Below are positions 1 through 13,145 of a stretch of 64,000 nt of DNA, piece after piece. The notes under the pieces are model-generated. The model was not told the DNA's origin. It saw only the letters and a list, made by a program, of their open reading frames with translations, and did no database searches. A program made the position numbers and the translations under genes. Positions within the stretch are counted from its first letter, which is position 1. Each line of letters opens with the position of its first letter. Source of the DNA: Octopus sinensis (Eukaryota); NCBI RefSeq assembly GCF_006345805.1, contig NC_043001.1:93062001-93126000 (forward strand), read 5' to 3'.

Positions 1-264
1 TTTTACATATTGATCGAGCAAAATTCTCCTGATAAGAAGCCAGATAATTTTAAAAGGTTTCTAAAAGGGAGAAAATTCTTAGCATTTTCATAAGAGCTTT
101 GGAGGGATGAAAGTGAAACATAATAGTCGAAGCGGGAATCGAGAACAGGTTGCTGTCTTGATTCACCGGAAGTGTATAAACAAACTACAACTTTCGGAAC
201 AGGAATACTTGAACATATGTAATGATAATCATATAAAGTACAAGTTTTGTTACAGATATTGTTG

Positions 265-298
265 CACACACACACACACACACCTACACACACACACA

Positions 299-337
<39 letters not shown>

Positions 338-552
338 ACACACACACGTACACACACACACACATACGCACTTACATACACACACACACATACGCACTCA
401 CATACACACAGACACGCGCCTGCACACATATGCTCTGACGCACATAGCGCTCTTACTCGCCATACAGCGAACATGTTTGTATATTTGTATGTACGTAAAT
501 CTCTATACACACACACGCACACACATACACACTCACACATATTTATACACAC
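265..552. repeat. (CA)n/(CATA)n microsatellite mosaic
   Basis: Direct reading; it explains the TH/CV-rich ORFs at 3-586. Confidence 0.95.
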
Positions 553-1549
553 ACATAGGGTGAAGTCATATGGATGCACTTTTTAGAATTTACTGAAATA
601 GTCCGACTAAGTTAACGTTTAATACAGTTTTATGAAAACAAAGCGAGTAAAGATTATTACATCTCTGTAGCTGATGCTCGATAAAGCCGCTCCTTGTATT
701 AAGCATTTTACTCGAGAGATCGAATTATGAAAAGCATTGGAGAAAGAGAGAGGGAGAGAGAGAGGGAGAGAGAGAGAGAGAGGAAGAGAGAGTGTTCAGA
801 TCCAGTAAATTAAATTTTTCCTATAGTTATTATTGTTTTGCCTTTTATTTTTGTTTTAAAAAACCATCAGTTATATGTTGTTGTTTTCAAAGCCGATGTT
901 GCAACACTTCGTTGAAAGAAGAATAAAACAATAATGACAAAATGAAAAAAAAAACAACAACAACAAGAAAAAAACACACAAATAACTACTCTGTAGCCAG
1001 TAAAATTGATGGCGTGCTTTTATGTCCCTATAGATTTTCACTTTGTTGATTCTCTAACGATTTTATGACAACAGGAATCCTATCATGTTCGAGTAAAAGA
1101 CCCAAGGCTGTGCAAAAAATTGCGTTTCTTCCAAAATAGTGCATGATACATAAACACTAGAAGGGTTAATAAGAAATCTATGGTTCTTCTATCATTCATT
1201 TCTGCTCTATCATTGACACAGTCACAATAACAGAATGGAACGCTTTTCAAAACTCTGTATTCAGCTTGACATTAACGTTGAATATTATATTCTGAAACAA
1301 TCTTGTATATAGATTTTTAAGTACGATATTATACAAGTTGACTATGGTTAAGCAAACCTAAGTCCACAAACGTTTCACATATGACCATCTCGTCGAAGTC
1401 TCAAAGTCAGGTAACTTACTCTATTCAATATGTTTCGTTTTAAAAAGTAGGATGTGGCTTGAAAGATTATTCACTGCTCATTCTAGCAGGTCAAACGATC
1501 ATTTCTTTTTACAGGCACTCTCGAATATGTATACGTGTATACGTGTATA

Positions 1550-1591
<42 letters not shown>

Positions 1592-1599
1592 TTTTTTGC

Positions 1600-1925
1600 G
1601 TAATGAGATAAAAACCAAGGCTGTATAGATATTAGAGCATTTATTGATAGAAGGTCTTACAGCTGTTTCTAGGATATTTATTAATTATATCCCTTCATCG
1701 GAGACTGTGAGAGGATAGTTAAGTCATAGTTAGTTTAGATGTGATATAAAATAGAGAGTGAGGTGGAGGAAACAAAATAGATGCAAGATATGTATGGATA
1801 TTGAAGTTATAAATCCATTTTTTGGGCAGAATGGTATATATGTAATATTCCAATACCATATGAGTAAAGTCCAAAAGTCCAACAGAGTTTAAAATGAGTG
1901 CTTCCAAATATAGAGTTTATACACA
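1600..1925 (-). mobile_element. Probable Penelope-like element 3' remnant between two (TA)n tracts
   Basis: Contains the hammerhead motif at 1654-1705 and is flanked by (TA)n at about 1554-1588 and 1932-1978. Family assignment is inferred from the motif. Confidence 0.45.
1654..1705 (-). ncRNA. Minimal type I hammerhead ribozyme motif (variant core)
   Basis: Minus strand GTCT-CCGATGA-A-GGGATAT..ATATCCT-A-GAA-ACAGCTGT-A-AGAC: stem I GTCT/AGAC, 7-bp stem II, palindromic stem III. Confidence 0.6.
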
Positions 1926-1926
1926 A

Positions 1927-1980
<54 letters not shown>

Positions 1981-2762
1981 AATCTATGTATAAACGTATA
2001 CATATATGTATAAGTATGAATGTATGTTTGAATATATGTGTGTATATGTTTGTATATATGTATGAATATATGTATGTAAATTCATTTCTTTTTACTTATT
2101 AGAATTCTACCTAGAGCGGGCTGGTCACCAACAAAAACAAAACCAAGCTCCATAACTGGAATCTGGATAGCAATAATTGCTACATACCAAGCTTTAGGAA
2201 AATCTTGCATATTTCAACTGTTCCATTCATAGAGTGTATCATGTCAGCCGAATCTCAGCCTTTTCAGATTGTCGTTTAAACATGTATAAACATAGCGAAG
2301 TACACGAAATCAAATTAATTAATAGGTAATTTAAATTAATAATTTCTCGTAGAAATAAAAGACAAGAATTAAAACATAGGAAGAGCAGTCGATTGTAACG
2401 ACCCTAGTACATGACTGGTACTTTATATTGTCGACTCAGGAAATATTGAATAGGAAGTTTACTTCGAGGTCATTTGAACCCATAACATAAAGAAGCGGAT
2501 GTAATACGGTAGAGCAGTTTGTCCGGTGCCCTAATGACTCCGCTAACCCTCTGGTTTAGTCAATTTAACATAATCATAGAAGAAGCTATCTCATTAGACG
2601 GATGTAGATTATAGATTATACGAGCGTTAATTTGTACGCATACATGCATGTGTGTATGTACGGTATGTATGTTTGTATGTATGTATATATGTATGCATTT
2701 ATGATTCTCTTTCTTTCTGTATATATATAGTCATGCATGCATACATACGTAAACACACATAT

Positions 2763-2804
<42 letters not shown>

Positions 2805-3074
2805 AACATGCTAACACGCACAGAGGAGAACACACATAAGTATACACACTAAGTAACGTATGCAGACACAGACGCTCACATGCCCCCATATTTACACATA
2901 TAGACATGATACAGCCTGGCCATACAAAACTGGACAGGACTGCGGACAAAAATACATTCATACGATTATATTCAGATTGACAAAATCAAATTCACAAATT
3001 TAGATTAAGGAATACAGCCGCATAAATAGAAAGGTACAGACTCATGTGTGTATAAACACAGGAATAGAAACACA

Positions 3075-3120
<46 letters not shown>

Positions 3121-3639
3121 TACACACACAACACACACACAACATATATATATATATATATATACATACACCCACATAAACACACACTGTCACGTACACA
3201 CATAGACAAATAATCGCACGCATGCCCATGTATTTAATCACTCAAACCTATACAGACTTATGTCTATAGCCAGATTTACTGACATGAATGCCCTTTATTA
3301 AATGGAAAATCACCAATGGCTAAATCGAGACTTGAGTTAGAAATTGCAGAAAAGATACACAAACCCCCTACATATTAATCTAAAATAGAAGTTAAGTTGG
3401 TATCTAGCAATTCAACGCCATCTTTCAAAGACATGCGGTTGAAGAGATGGGGGAAGTAACCGAGGGTGACACTAAATGACAGCTAATCAATGAGAGCACT
3501 TCTTGGTTGTTCGAGTATGTCTTTATTACTTGAGGGGAACTGAAAGACAGTTTCGAAAGAACGTACCACGAAGGCGACTGTATTAGAGTACTTAGCCGTG
3601 ATGGAGAGTGAAACTGAAGGCATTTTAAACACATACATA

Positions 3640-4450
<811 letters not shown>

Positions 4451-4585
4451 TGTCTATTGAGTGAAAGAATAGATAGAAATAACTTCTGACACATTTTCTG
4501 ACACGAAATTGCGTGATCTTAGCGTGTACAAACTGACACACAAACTTACACACATGAATATCTATTAAAAAAATGTATTTGTGAC

Positions 4586-4586
<1 letters not shown>

Positions 4587-4655
<69 letters not shown>

Positions 4656-4706
4656 ATCTATCTGTCTATCTGTCTGTCTATCTGTCTGTCTGTCTGTCTG
4701 TCTGTC

Positions 4707-4752
<46 letters not shown>

Positions 4753-5019
4753 TTAAATAAATGAATAAATCCTACGCACGCATAAATACATATATAGATA
4801 TAGAATATATTACACACATCAGTTTGATGCCTATATACGTACGTATGTATGTATGTATGTATGTATGTATGTATGTATGTATGTATGTATGTATGTATGT
4901 ATGTATGAATATATGTATGTACGTACGTACGTACGTATGTATGTATGTATGTATGTATGTATGCATGTATGTATGTATGTATGTATCTATGTATCTATCT
5001 ATCTATCCATCCATCCATC
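4587..5019. repeat. (TATC)n/(TGTC)n/(TATG)n/(TCCA)n microsatellites
   Basis: Direct reading. Confidence 0.95.
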
Positions 5020-5634
5020 CATCCATCCAAACCAATTCGCGGGAAGACATCACTGCAGAGTACTGGTACGTTTATCCACACGTCCATTATCTTCTTGATG
5101 AGATTTTACTGATTGTAATGAGTATTTAGAAGCCTAGAGCTCGTTTCAATTAGACATGCCATTTCTTATGTCACCATCGGCAATTCCTACTCATCAATCT
5201 ACTTGCAGTGTTGCTTTATAATTAAGAAATCAATTATGCTTTCTTAAACGCCGCAAAGTCAAAATTACCAAATGATTTCGATTTTCATGTTTTAGCTAAT
5301 TCTCTTCACAGGCGTCACTATGTCAGTAACTAATTAGGAAGGACGTGTACGCCAGAATATTTTGCGCCTCATAGTTCTTAGGTACCCGGTCCTGAGATAG
5401 AGTAAGAGATAAGTGATATTATTCTTTATTTTTTTTTGCCCCTAGATTCCCGTAAAAATCTAAAAGAAAGCAAAACCTTTCCTTCAAAGTATTTTAATTT
5501 TAAAAATGAAATGCTGATGTATAAGTAATTCTATGCATACTAAACACACACACGTACATACACATATACACACGCATACAGACATAAGCACATATATAAA
5601 TATAAAATGCACATACAAGTGAATGAGGCACAGC

Positions 5635-5703
<69 letters not shown>

Positions 5704-5720
5704 CTGTCTGTCTGTCTGTA

Positions 5721-5775
<55 letters not shown>

Positions 5776-5837
5776 ATCTATCTATCTATCTATCTATCTG
5801 TCTATATAGTAATAATAACAGCAATTGCTGGATGAAA

Positions 5838-6785
5838 TTTATAAGCATTTAATGTGTTGCTACGCGCGTTTCTACAAATCATATGTCTCTTAAGATCACA
5901 GTTCGTATTCCTGGGATGATTACAGTGTAGTCCGTAGTATCTGTGGGTATCGGGTAAATCATTTTCACGGCGTCCTAAATATTGGTTGGTTTGATGATGC
6001 TACACACTATACCACTGTACCACTAGAAAAAATTAATAGGTCACCTCAAGAAAGTATCATTTATCAAGTCAGATAATGAACTCCAACAACTGACGGCTGT
6101 ATTGGCTGTATCGGCTGACCTGTTTACTTCAGACTGCATTGAAGATAATCATGCCTTAATTGAGATCGAACAAAGGAATGTACTACCTATCCTTGACATC
6201 TGCAGACTGAATAACAAAGTAAGTCCAATATCACCACACACTTCCTATTTCTTTATTACCCACAAGGGGCTAAACACAGAGGGGACAAACAAGGACATAC
6301 ATAGGTATTAAGTCGATTACATCGACCCCAGTGCGTAACTGGTACTTAATTTATCGACCCCGAAAGGATGAAAGGCAAAGTCGACCTCGGCGGAATTTGA
6401 ACTCAGAACGTAACGGCAGACCAAATACCGCTAAGCATTTCGCCCGGCGTGCTAACGTTTCTGCCAGCTCGCCACACACTTCCATCGCTATATAACTACC
6501 ATTCCATCCTCTCTTTCTATCAACTTCCCCTCCTCCCCACCAAATACACACAGAAATACCCACATAACTCAATCAACCTTCACACTGGTCAAAAGGGATA
6601 ACTAACCCTCTATTTTACATCTATTATTGTTATATCGCCTCAAGAAATGAATCCATGAAAATGATCTACCCGATTCCCACGGATACTACGAACTACACTG
6701 TAGTCATCCGAGGAATACGGACTGTGATCTTAAGAGACATGTGATTCGTGGAAACGCGCGTAGCAAGGCAATAAATGTTTATGAA
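5838..6785. mobile_element. Non-autonomous long-TIR element (MITE/foldback-like) with a nested SINE
   Basis: 5838-5970 is the reverse complement of 6653-6785 (about 16 mismatches in 133 nt). No TSD recognised. Confidence 0.75.
6245..6473 (-). mobile_element. tRNA-derived SINE family A, full length
   Basis: Minus strand GGCGAGCTGGCAGAAACG...GAGTTCAAATTCCGCCGAGGTCGACTTTGCCTTTCATCCTTTCGGGGTCGATAAA; near-identical to 61290-61520. Confidence 0.9.
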
Positions 6786-6805
6786 CCCCATCCAAGAATT
6801 ATTGT

Positions 6806-6846
<41 letters not shown>

Positions 6847-6965
6847 TATAGATGGTTAGATTATATACATGCTTATATAGGCATATATACATATATATAT
6901 AATAGTTACACACACACACATATATATATACATATATTTGATATATTTGTATCTATCTATCTATC

Positions 6966-7038
<73 letters not shown>

Positions 7039-7093
7039 ATAAATGTATATTTATATATATATATAAATAGATACAAATATACATACATAATAC

Positions 7094-7154
<61 letters not shown>

Positions 7155-8065
7155 TGTATGTATGTATGTATCTATCTATCTATGTATATATGCGTATATA
7201 TGGATGTATATAATCTAACCATCTATATATTTATCTATAAGGTAGATAGATGTTCGGTATGCGAACTCTTGTATGTATTGCTTTATTTCTATGTGATGAA
7301 AGCTAAGCTAGTTGAAGCTAGATTTATGGCGAGAACATAGAAATAAGAAGTAAAAACTATGAAATATGCAGTCAGGTAATAGTTTATTAACTTTGCTCCA
7401 AGTCTTGCTCTTTAGCTCCGAGTCAGCCCTGATTAAGCAGACATACATTCAAAGCCATTGATTGTGCTCTTTTTCACCGATGTATATAACGATATAACAA
7501 ATATTTGGCTGCTATGACTAGCAAATCAAGTGACAACGTAGAGGCTATATGTGTTAGTGAAGTGCCGAAGCTATAAAAAGGCAGACAAAATGTCCTATAA
7601 TCAATTTAATTTTGAGCTCTAAACCCACCTGTGTTGACTTTACCTTTTATCACTGGGCGGTTCGCAAAATAAATACTAATCGTGTTCTCGGAACGATTTA
7701 AATGATTTATCTAGACATTTTCTGTCGCTGTTCCACAAATAAAGTATTATTTCTTGAAGAGAGAGGAAATTCGGTGCTGAGACAGATCAATGGCCGAACC
7801 AAACAAGCGTTGTACAACTATCAAATTGACGATACTTGAGTATATGAGAAGATAATATTGGAACGTTAATCTTCAGAAATTATTTTTTCTTTATTCATTT
7901 TCTTTATAATTTTCTTTTTATAAGTTGTCCGGGAGAAAATAGAGTTAATAATCTTTGTCAACCCTCCCAAAGTGGCAGAATTAATGAAGCTGATGCTCAA
8001 ACACGACATCTGTAATTCAACAAGTAAAACAACAACAACAACAACAGCAAAAACAACAACAATAA

Positions 8066-8420
8066 CGGCAACAAGGCCTGACATTTTGAGTGAGGGTTCT
8101 AGTCGATCATATCAATCCCATCGCTCAACAGGTACTTATTTCATCGACACCGCAAAAATGAAAGTCGACCTCGGAACCAGTACTAAGCATTTTGTCCGAC
8201 GTCCTAACGATTCTGCCACCTGGCTGCTCTCAATGGTTTCAAATTTTGGCCCAACGCCAGCAAATTCTGGGAAGTATGTAAATCAATTGCATCAACTCCA
8301 CTGCTCAACTGGTACTTTATTTTATCGATCCCGCAAGAATGGCAGATAAAGCCTACCTCGGCGGGATTTGAACTCAGAGCGTAAACAGCCGGAAGAAATA
8401 CTGCGACGTATTTTGTCCAA
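8066..8420 (-). mobile_element. Two adjacent degenerate SINE family A copies
   Basis: Twice GGTACTT..TTT..TCGA...AAAGTCGACCTCGG/AAAGCCTACCTCGG, matching 6245-6473. Confidence 0.7.
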
Positions 8421-8553
8421 ATTGCTGTTGAAGAGAATGCTTTGTGTATCCTACGCTACATAGTATGAGGACCAAAAGAAATAACTATCTTGAAAAAAGG
8501 TAAGTAAACAAATAAAAATAGAAAAAGAACAACAATGCAGAAACAATTGTTGT

Positions 8554-8724
8554 GACCCTTCGGTCATGAATGACCATGGAATTGCACCTAGGCACAAGTC
8601 CGGGCAAGGTGTTTATGGAAGACCAGCAGTCACCCACGCATACCGGCCTCGCCTCTCCTCGCCACCGATGTTATCCAAGGGAAAGGCAAAGACTGATACA
8701 GCTTGGCACCAGTGACGTCGCAGC
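8554..8724 (-). mobile_element. SINE family D, 3' part
   Basis: GACCCTTCGGTCATGAATGACCATGG...GAAGACCAGCAGTC...GTGACGTCGCA is shared with 52893-53220 and 58612-58940. Confidence 0.85.
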
Positions 8725-8858
8725 TGATTTATTAACGTGCAAGTGGTTGAGCACTGCAGAGACACGTGTACCCTTAACTCAGCGTGACACAGAGTGTGAC
8801 AAGGCTGGCCCTTTGAAATACACAAACATACACACACACGCATACACATATATATCGT

Positions 8859-9236
8859 GACACTGTCGGTTACGACCACGAGGGTCCCAGGTGATCGATC
8901 AACGGAACAGCTTACTCGTGAAATTAACGTGCAAGTGGCTGAGCACTCCGCAGACACGTGTACCCTTAACGTAGTTCTCGGGGGAGACTCAGTGTGATAC
9001 AGAGTGTGACAAGGCTGGCCCTTTGAAATACAGGTACCACAGAAACAGGAAGAAAGAGTGAGAGAAAGTTGTGGTGAAAGAGTACAGCAGGGTTCGCCAC
9101 CACCTCTTGCCGGGCCTCGTGGAGCTTTAGGCGTTTTCGCTCAATAAATACTTACAATGCCCGATCTGGGAATCAAAACCGCGATCCTACGACCGCGAAA
9201 ATCGCTGCCCTAACCACTGGGCCATTGCGCCTCCAC
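8859..9236 (-). mobile_element. tRNA-derived SINE family C, full length (tRNA-Arg-like head)
   Basis: Minus head GTGGAGGCGCAATGGCCCAGTGGTTAGGGC (A box) and GGTTTTGATTCCC (B-box-like). Partial copies at 8729-8822 and about 12485-12595. Confidence 0.85.
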
Positions 9237-9524
9237 ACAGAAACAATACTTGCGCAATATTTGTTGCAATATCAATAACAAGCGCAGTAATCATTATAGT
9301 TGTTATGGTGACATTGTGATTGAAATTACTATTGCTACTGCTGCTGCTGCTGATGATGATGATGATGAGATGAGGATGATAACGATGACGATGGAATATA
9401 AATCATCATGTAAAAAAATACGGATATTGAAGTTACCCAAATTAAAAAAAAAAGGATAAAAAGTTAGGAGCTGTGTTCCTGTTTGTTAAGGAAAACAAAC
9501 CCATAACCTCCACCTTCTCCGTGA

Positions 9525-9610
9525 TTACACCACGAGTATCACCACCAGTATCACCACCACCACCACCACCACCACCACCACCACCACCACCACCACCACC
9601 ACCACCATTA
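9525..9610. repeat. (ACC)n trinucleotide tract
   Basis: Direct reading; source of the poly-V ORF. Confidence 0.95.
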
Positions 9611-10040
9611 ACTCCATCACACTACTACAACAAATACCAGCACAACCATTAATACCACAACAAGCATTTAGGCTATATCTACCATCATTAAAACCCTTTA
9701 CTTCCAACATCATCACCTTCGGCATCACCATCGAGAAAAACAACAATAGCACGATTGATAACAACCCCAACATTTTTACATCCTGTACCATAAAACTAAA
9801 CAACATGGCGCTTAACAACGTCAATAAGGATATTAATATAATCATTACCTGAAAAAAACCAAGCGATGAACCAAGCAGTAAAAGCATCAGACACAAGGCG
9901 TGCACATGTGCATGTGTAGTAATGTGTATATGTGTGTATGTGTGAGTATGTATGTGTGTGTGTGTGTGTTTGTGTGTGTGCGTATTCGTGTATGCATTTG
10001 TGTGCATTCATATGCACATATCTGTGTGTGTACATATATT

Positions 10041-10085
<45 letters not shown>

Positions 10086-10180
10086 ATGCATACATAAATA
10101 CCAACATACATGTATGTATGTATGTATGTATGTATGCATGTATGTATGTATGTATGTATAGATATATATATGTTTACAGA

Positions 10181-10327
10181 CGTGGCTGAGTGGTGAGATG
10201 TTTGCTTCTCAACCACATAGTTTCGGGTTCAATCCCTTTGCGTGGTGCACTGGTTGCTTCTATTAAAGCCCAGGGCCGACCAAAGCCTTATGAGTGAATT
10301 TGGTAGATGGAAACTGAAAGAAGCCCG

Positions 10328-10329
<2 letters not shown>
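10181..10329 (+). mobile_element. SINE family B, 5' half
   Basis: GTGGCTGAGTGG...GGGCCGACCAAAGCC...GGAAACTGAAAGAAGCCCGT, then (TA)n. Confidence 0.85.
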
Positions 10330-10364
<35 letters not shown>

Positions 10365-11122
10365 TTTATTTATACACATATGCGTGGATGTATGAGTATA
10401 TAGATACATGTGGGTATGCATACACTCACATCTGCGTAAATATGTGTTTGTAGGCGTATTAACCATCTTGGCAAGACAGAACTGTTTCGCTTGTCACTTC
10501 TTTCTCTTCATAGGTTCTGGGTACTCGATGCGAAATACCCGCATTATTTACTATAAAACTTAAAAATGATCCTGTCCCTTTCTTCACAGGCCGTAAATGT
10601 AAATGGTTGCAGAAACATATAAACGTCCAGGAGGGTTACCGTCCTATGTTCTATTTATTGGTATATATGACATCCATTATTTCCGCATTTTCATTTGACA
10701 AAGCATTGGTCATAGCCCCACAAAATTTATAATTATTTGTAGAGTACTCTTGGTGAAGAGGTGCCTTGCTTAGCTGAGATTAATGTGTCTAGTTACCACG
10801 CACACACACGCCATCGCTCGCGCGTACAAACGTATACATACACATATATGCATGTATACATGTATGTATATGTATTTATCTATGCACGTATACACATATG
10901 CACATATATTTACGTATATCTATGCACGATTTGTTAAGCGATAGACATGTATATCTCTTTTATATACATACATTCCCGCATACATATATAGATATGTAAG
11001 CACCAGCCACTTTTTAAAAGTGTATAGTTGCTCATACGCATTCATAAAAACACTATTTGCATACATACTCGCACACGCATACACACACACACAGTGACAT
11101 GTTTGCACCAGCTACATATATT

Positions 11123-11717
11123 CCTTTCTACTCTTGGCACAAGGCCCGACATTTTAAGGGTGGGGGACAGTCGATTAGATCGACCCCAGTACGTAACTAG
11201 TACTTAATTTATCGACCCCGAAAGAATGAAAGGCAAATTCGACCTCGGCGAATATTGAACTCAGATCGTAACAGCAGACGAAATACCTATTTCTTTACTG
11301 CCAACAAGGGGCTAAACACAGAGAGGAAAAACAAGGAGAGACAAACGGATTAAGTCGATTATATCGACCCCAGTGCGTAACTGGTACTTATTTAATCGAC
11401 CCCAAAAGGATGAAAGGCAAAGTCGACATCGGCGGAATTTGAACTCAGAACGTAACAGCAGACGAAATACCGCTAAGCATTTTGTCCGGCCTGCTAACGT
11501 TTCTTACTTCTTTATTGCCTACAAGGGTCTAAATAAGGACACACAAGGACAGACAAAGGGATTAAGTCGATTACATCGATCCCAGTGCGTAATTGGTACT
11601 AAATTTATCGAACCCGAAAGGATGAAAGGCAAAGTCGACCTCGGCGGAATCTGAACTCAGAACGCACCGGTCTGAGCTAAGCATTGCTTAGCTCAGTTTC
11701 TGCCAACTCGCCGCCTT
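11123..11717 (-). mobile_element. Trimeric/nested SINE family A insertion with a 16-bp TSD
   Basis: Three GATCGACCCCAG-type...AAGGCAAA.TCGAC bodies; ACCAGCTACATATATT is repeated at 11107-11122 and 11718-11733. Confidence 0.9.
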
Positions 11718-12893
11718 ACCAGCTACATATATTACTGATTATATATGAGTATGTCTGAACGAGTTTTGCAAACAGCTCTATTATCTAGAATCTGGGCTAT
11801 TAAAAAGTCACTATCGGAAGAACTTTAGGCTACAAATGTCAACAATCACACACAACAGTGATAATTACGTGATGTTATATAAAATTATAAATATTAAAAC
11901 AAAAACCAAATAACCAATACCCTTAAAACAATCTCATTTTCCTTGTTTTTGCTTGTTGAAACGGACAATTTTACCTCCCATCACACGCCAAACACTTATA
12001 CTCATACATGATTGAGTTCATATAGTTACATATATTCGAACACACACATATATACATTCACATTGTTATTCTCACCCCTCTCTGTCTGTTTGTCTATGTC
12101 TTTTTCTCTCTGCCTCACAGTCTCTTTCTTAAACATACATACATATCCATATATTTATAGCTGTCTTAAAAGATAAATCTAAGAATCTTCTCTATTATAC
12201 AAGAACTTACACACATACGTATGCATATATGAACTCAACATAAACACATGCAAACAAAATTGAAGAAACTACGAAACCACATACACTCAACCTCTCTGTC
12301 TCTCTTTCCCTCCCTATCTCCCTTTCCCTATCTGTCTCTCTTTCCCTCTCTATCTCTCTTTCACTCTCTCTCATCCTGTCTTTCATTCGCACTTGCTCAT
12401 TCTCTTTCTCACTTTTTCTTTACTCACACGTATTTAGAACGGAGCTCTTAGCTGTCATTACTTTAACACTTGATCAGTAGTAAAGCTGGCACTCCGTCGG
12501 TTACGACGACGAGTGTTCCAGTTAATCTGATCAACGGAACAGCCCGCTTGTGATATTTGACGTTTAAGTGGTTGAGCACATCACAAACACACCTTCAGGG
12601 GTGGATAAAAGACATACCATTGAAAACTGCTGCTTGTCGGCGAAATGTCTCGAAAATGTGAGGTAATGAGCCTGTGCCTATGAGAGAAATCAATATTCTT
12701 GTTTATCCTGGAAATGTAGAACATGGATAAAACACTTTTAAGTTCTTGAGTTCAAATATCGCTAAAGTCATCTTTATTATTCCTCCTTTCAGGACGAATA
12801 ATACAAATACCAGTGAAATACTGAAGTCGTTAGACTTGACTGATACGTTCTTCCATAACTTGAGAACTTATGATTGAATATCATTAGTATTAT

Positions 12894-13145
12894 GTGGAGG
12901 CGCGTGGCTTAGTGGTTAGGGTATCAGCATTATGATCATAAGATTGTAGTTTCGATTCCTGGACCGGGCAACGCGTTGTGTTCTTGAGCAAAACACTCCA
13001 TTTCACGTTGCTCCAGTCCACTCAGCTAGCAAAAAGGAGTAACGCTGCGGTGGGCTGGCGTCCCGTCCAGTTGAGGAACACATACACCATTGAAACCGGA
13101 AAACCGGGCCCATGAGCCTCGCTAGGTTTTTAAAAGGGTACATTT
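12894..13145 (+). mobile_element. tRNA-derived SINE (family D-type head, different 3' part)
   Basis: GTGGAGGCGCGTGGCTTAGTGG (A box), AGTTTCGATTCC (B box), TTGTGTTCTTGAGCAAAACAC central motif. Confidence 0.8.

Noticed and set aside
1145-1169. ...AAGGG-TTAA, a piggyBac-like terminus
   Set aside because: No matching TTAA-CCCTT left end found in the window.
8859-9236. tRNA genes at SINE heads (also 12894, 16565, 53220, 61290)
   Set aside because: A/B boxes are present but there is no complete cloverleaf and they continue into SINE bodies; these are SINEs, not tRNA genes.
11123-11717. CRISPR-like or satellite array interpretation of the repeated units
   Set aside because: The units are about 200-bp SINE bodies also dispersed elsewhere, there are no unique spacers, and the context is eukaryotic.
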